Shown here: in pieces, positions 61,334-64,000 of the stretch
How positions within the stretch are numbered: the first letter of the stretch is position 1
How the letters are laid out: each line of letters starts with the position of its first letter
NCBI GenBank assembly: GCA_030248215.1
Contig: JASANG010002509.1
Location: forward strand, 62,001-126,000
Length of the DNA stretch: 64,000 nucleotides
Direction: 5' to 3'
Source of the DNA: Enoplolaimus lenunculus
Lineage: Eukaryota
The notes under the pieces: generated by a model
Databases searched by the model: none
Seen by the model: only the letters and a program-made list of their open reading frames with translations
Told to the model about the DNA's origin: nothing
Translations under genes and position numbers: made by a program

Positions 61334-62663
61334 TTATCGATGTCCCCTGTGTACAATTAATTCGCTTCACGACAGACCCGTGTGCTATGTTGTTTTGATT
61401 GACATCAGCAAATTGGGGTGGAGAGAGCAGTATAATGGCCGTTGCTAAACTTTCACTAACTGTCAAAATGCCCGTTTATAAGCGTTCAGAATAACAGGCG
61501 AAATTCTAGAACTTTAAAATGATGCTATAGATCCTATACTCTGCCGAAATGAATTAACTCTGCCGCTGAAAGCATATCGTCATGCACTGCAAAAAATGGT
61601 GAGTCAAATTGACACTCTCCAAAATACGCTCAACGGGACTACGCAAACTGAGTCAAATTCGCGCCAGACTCATACGTGCGACTCAGTGAGTTAAATTTGA
61701 CTCTGGCGAAGTCGAATTTGACAACAGTTTGTGTAAAGACCCGTAGAGCCTGTTTCGGAGCGATTCAGTTTGACTTACCATTTTTTGCAGTATGCTATCG
61801 GTCCCTAAACATGAACTACGTACTATTTTCTTTTGTTGAAAATATTTAATTAACAACGGTGTGTAGGAAGGCTCACGCGATAAAATCACATGTTTATCCT
61901 GCACTCACCATTTCAGCCTTCGAATGGCTTTGTCAAGTTACCACATTTCGATCAGTTTGCGTGACTTAAAAGTTGTATTTCGACGATGAATAATTTGCCA
62001 AGTTTTTTGGTTATATTTCAAACTAAACACCTTTGAAATTAGGGCGTAGTCGGCAGCGAAGATAACAAATTTGAGTTATCCAAAGTGTACGGTTATATTT
62101 TAGTTTTACTAGTAAGCGTTTCGCATGTTCCATAAAATTTGTTACCTTCATAAGAACCGGTCACGCCGCAGGCGAATTGGGTTCAGGTGTGTAACTGCGG
62201 TTCAGTGCTGGGTTACAACTGGCCCGGACTAAGGCATGTTTTCAGCGCCTCATTGTATAGGCACCGGAATTTTATTCCTTAAATCACAATCATTTGATCC
62301 TATGCGGATGTAAAACCTTTCAGCCGTGGTTTAGTGGAAAATGTTTAAATAAAGTTGCACCGATTGCAAATTTGTCTGTTTTATAACATTTCATTTTAGA
62401 TACCAGCATATTTCAAAAACTGCCTATTAAGTTCAGGAGCGTTTGCTAACATCGTTTTGGCCATTACTGACCGGTTCTATATAAACAGATACTGGTTATA
62501 TCGTAAATTCATAGATTAAATATTTTAAAATTTTAGATATCAGCCATTTGTTTTTGGTGAGTACTCGAAACTGTATTTTAGTCTGTCCGATTTTATCGGT
62601 CAATATTTTAGTCAACTTGTGTACGCGTTTCTTACACGCTTAAGTACGCTAAAGGGAACGAAC

Positions 62664-62861
62664 GAACCAATGTAAAGAACAGGGGCGGAACAGTATTATA
62701 AGCATGTTCGTAAGCCTAAGCCTAAGCCTTTGCGTAATAATAAGCATAGTCCCAAGCCTAAAGCCTAATCCTGAGCCATGCCAAAAAATTAGTCTAAAGC
62801 TTCAGCTTACTCTATTGCTGTCCCACAGAATCACGTTCCGTCCCTGATCTTTACATGGGCC
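62664..62861. mobile_element. TTAGGC-carrying MITE, subfamily B
   Basis: B-type TIRs, AAGGGAAC present on both sides. Confidence 0.75.
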
Positions 62862-64000
62862 AAGGGAACGATACAACATCCTGGTTAGTTTGATTTGAAC
62901 TGATAGCATGCGCCTCTCTTTATCTCGGTTATAAGAAAACCTAACAAGCATCTATTAAGACGGTAACTGGTGCATTAACTTATGAATACGGGTTAAATTG
63001 CGAGCAGTTTGAATTTTGATGATCTGATTTTGAGGCACTAGCAGACCCGTTACCAGCTCACCTTGCTAGAGGGGTTAAACATTTTTCACGAAGGACATGC
63101 AAGGGTTTTTGATGACTTATACAAGCAAGGTTGAAAATTTTCTAAGGCGGGGGAAACAAAATTCCTCCGGAGGGGGTGATCCCCAGTCACCTCCCTCTGG
63201 CTACGGACAAGGGTAGCGGTACTTGACTATCTAAATGTTCAATGAAGAGATGAAACTATGATAGGGTAGTACCGCAAGAATGGTTTGGATTGTGTACAAG
63301 TGGGGCTTTTGAGTAAAATGTATAACAGAGCGACAGTGTCATATGAGTTACATCATCAAGCAAAAATTTTTACCAAAATTTGCCTTAGTACATTTCCAAA
63401 CATTTCTGTATTCTTTGAGATATTGTCTTTTTCCACTAGACGCAGGCGGCCAGTGGCTGTAGGTAAAAGTATTCCCCTCAACAACCGTGTCGTGATCAAA
63501 AATTTGCAGTTTATCTGAGGCTGACGCAACAAATTTTCTATTTTGATAGCTGAGAATTAATATTTCAGATATGTAACACGAGGTATAAAAATTAAGAACA
63601 TCGACAATGGCTGGGTTTCTGAAATCGTTCGTAAGGACGACATAGAAACTTAAGTACGTGCTAAGCAATTACTTAACCATTTTGTTGTTGTTAAAATATT
63701 ATTTAAGTTAAGTAAATACTTAACTCACTGACAAAATTTGACGTATTACAGATTAGCAGCTCAGGCATATGAACCTTGGTCTGACTGAAATTGCAGAGTC
63801 ATGGCGCCTCCTTAATATAAACCAGAACTATTGCTTTTGCGTTCTGACAGTGGCTCACATTTGGCGTTTGCCTGTTTTTGTTCGAAAAGTTTACTATTAC
63901 ATTTAAACTGTTTTTAAAAATCATAGAATAAGATATGCTATGCGAAAAAATTTTTTTATTTCACTTACATCTGTATATATTAAAGCTAGAGCGTCCCACA

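Noticed and set aside
1..64000. Autonomous transposase or reverse transcriptase
   Set aside because: No long ORF other than the GPCR tail; no DDE or YxDD-type coding segment seen

Overview
AT-rich, repeat-dense eukaryotic DNA, very probably from a nematode (TTAGGC telomere-type repeats, TTTCAG splice acceptors, and a gene closely resembling C. elegans pdfr-1). I can support only one protein-coding gene: a 10-exon class B (secretin-family) GPCR of the PDF-receptor type on the + strand. I spliced it by hand from 31823 to 44571; all introns are GT-AG, all phases are compatible, and it gives 732 aa from the first visible ATG, with a long Ser/Thr-rich C-tail. The rest of the window is non-autonomous mobile elements, micro/minisatellites and two candidate solo LTRs. 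MITE families can be classified from their termini and target-site duplications as hAT-like, CMC/CACTA-like, Harbinger-like, piggyBac-like, P-like and Merlin-like. The most unusual items are: (1) a ~250-bp TG...CA LTR-like element carrying a tRNA-Val-derived Pol III cassette, present as a two-LTR mini-element and as a solo copy (Cassandra/Helenus-like); (2) about 20 GG...CC, 8-bp-TSD MITEs that scatter and amplify telomeric TTAGGC repeats; (3) a transposon-borne tandem array of E2F+CHR-like motifs; (4) a piggyBac MITE with a tRNA-like insert. All family assignments are by eye and from memory, with no database searches; element boundaries may be off by a few bases.
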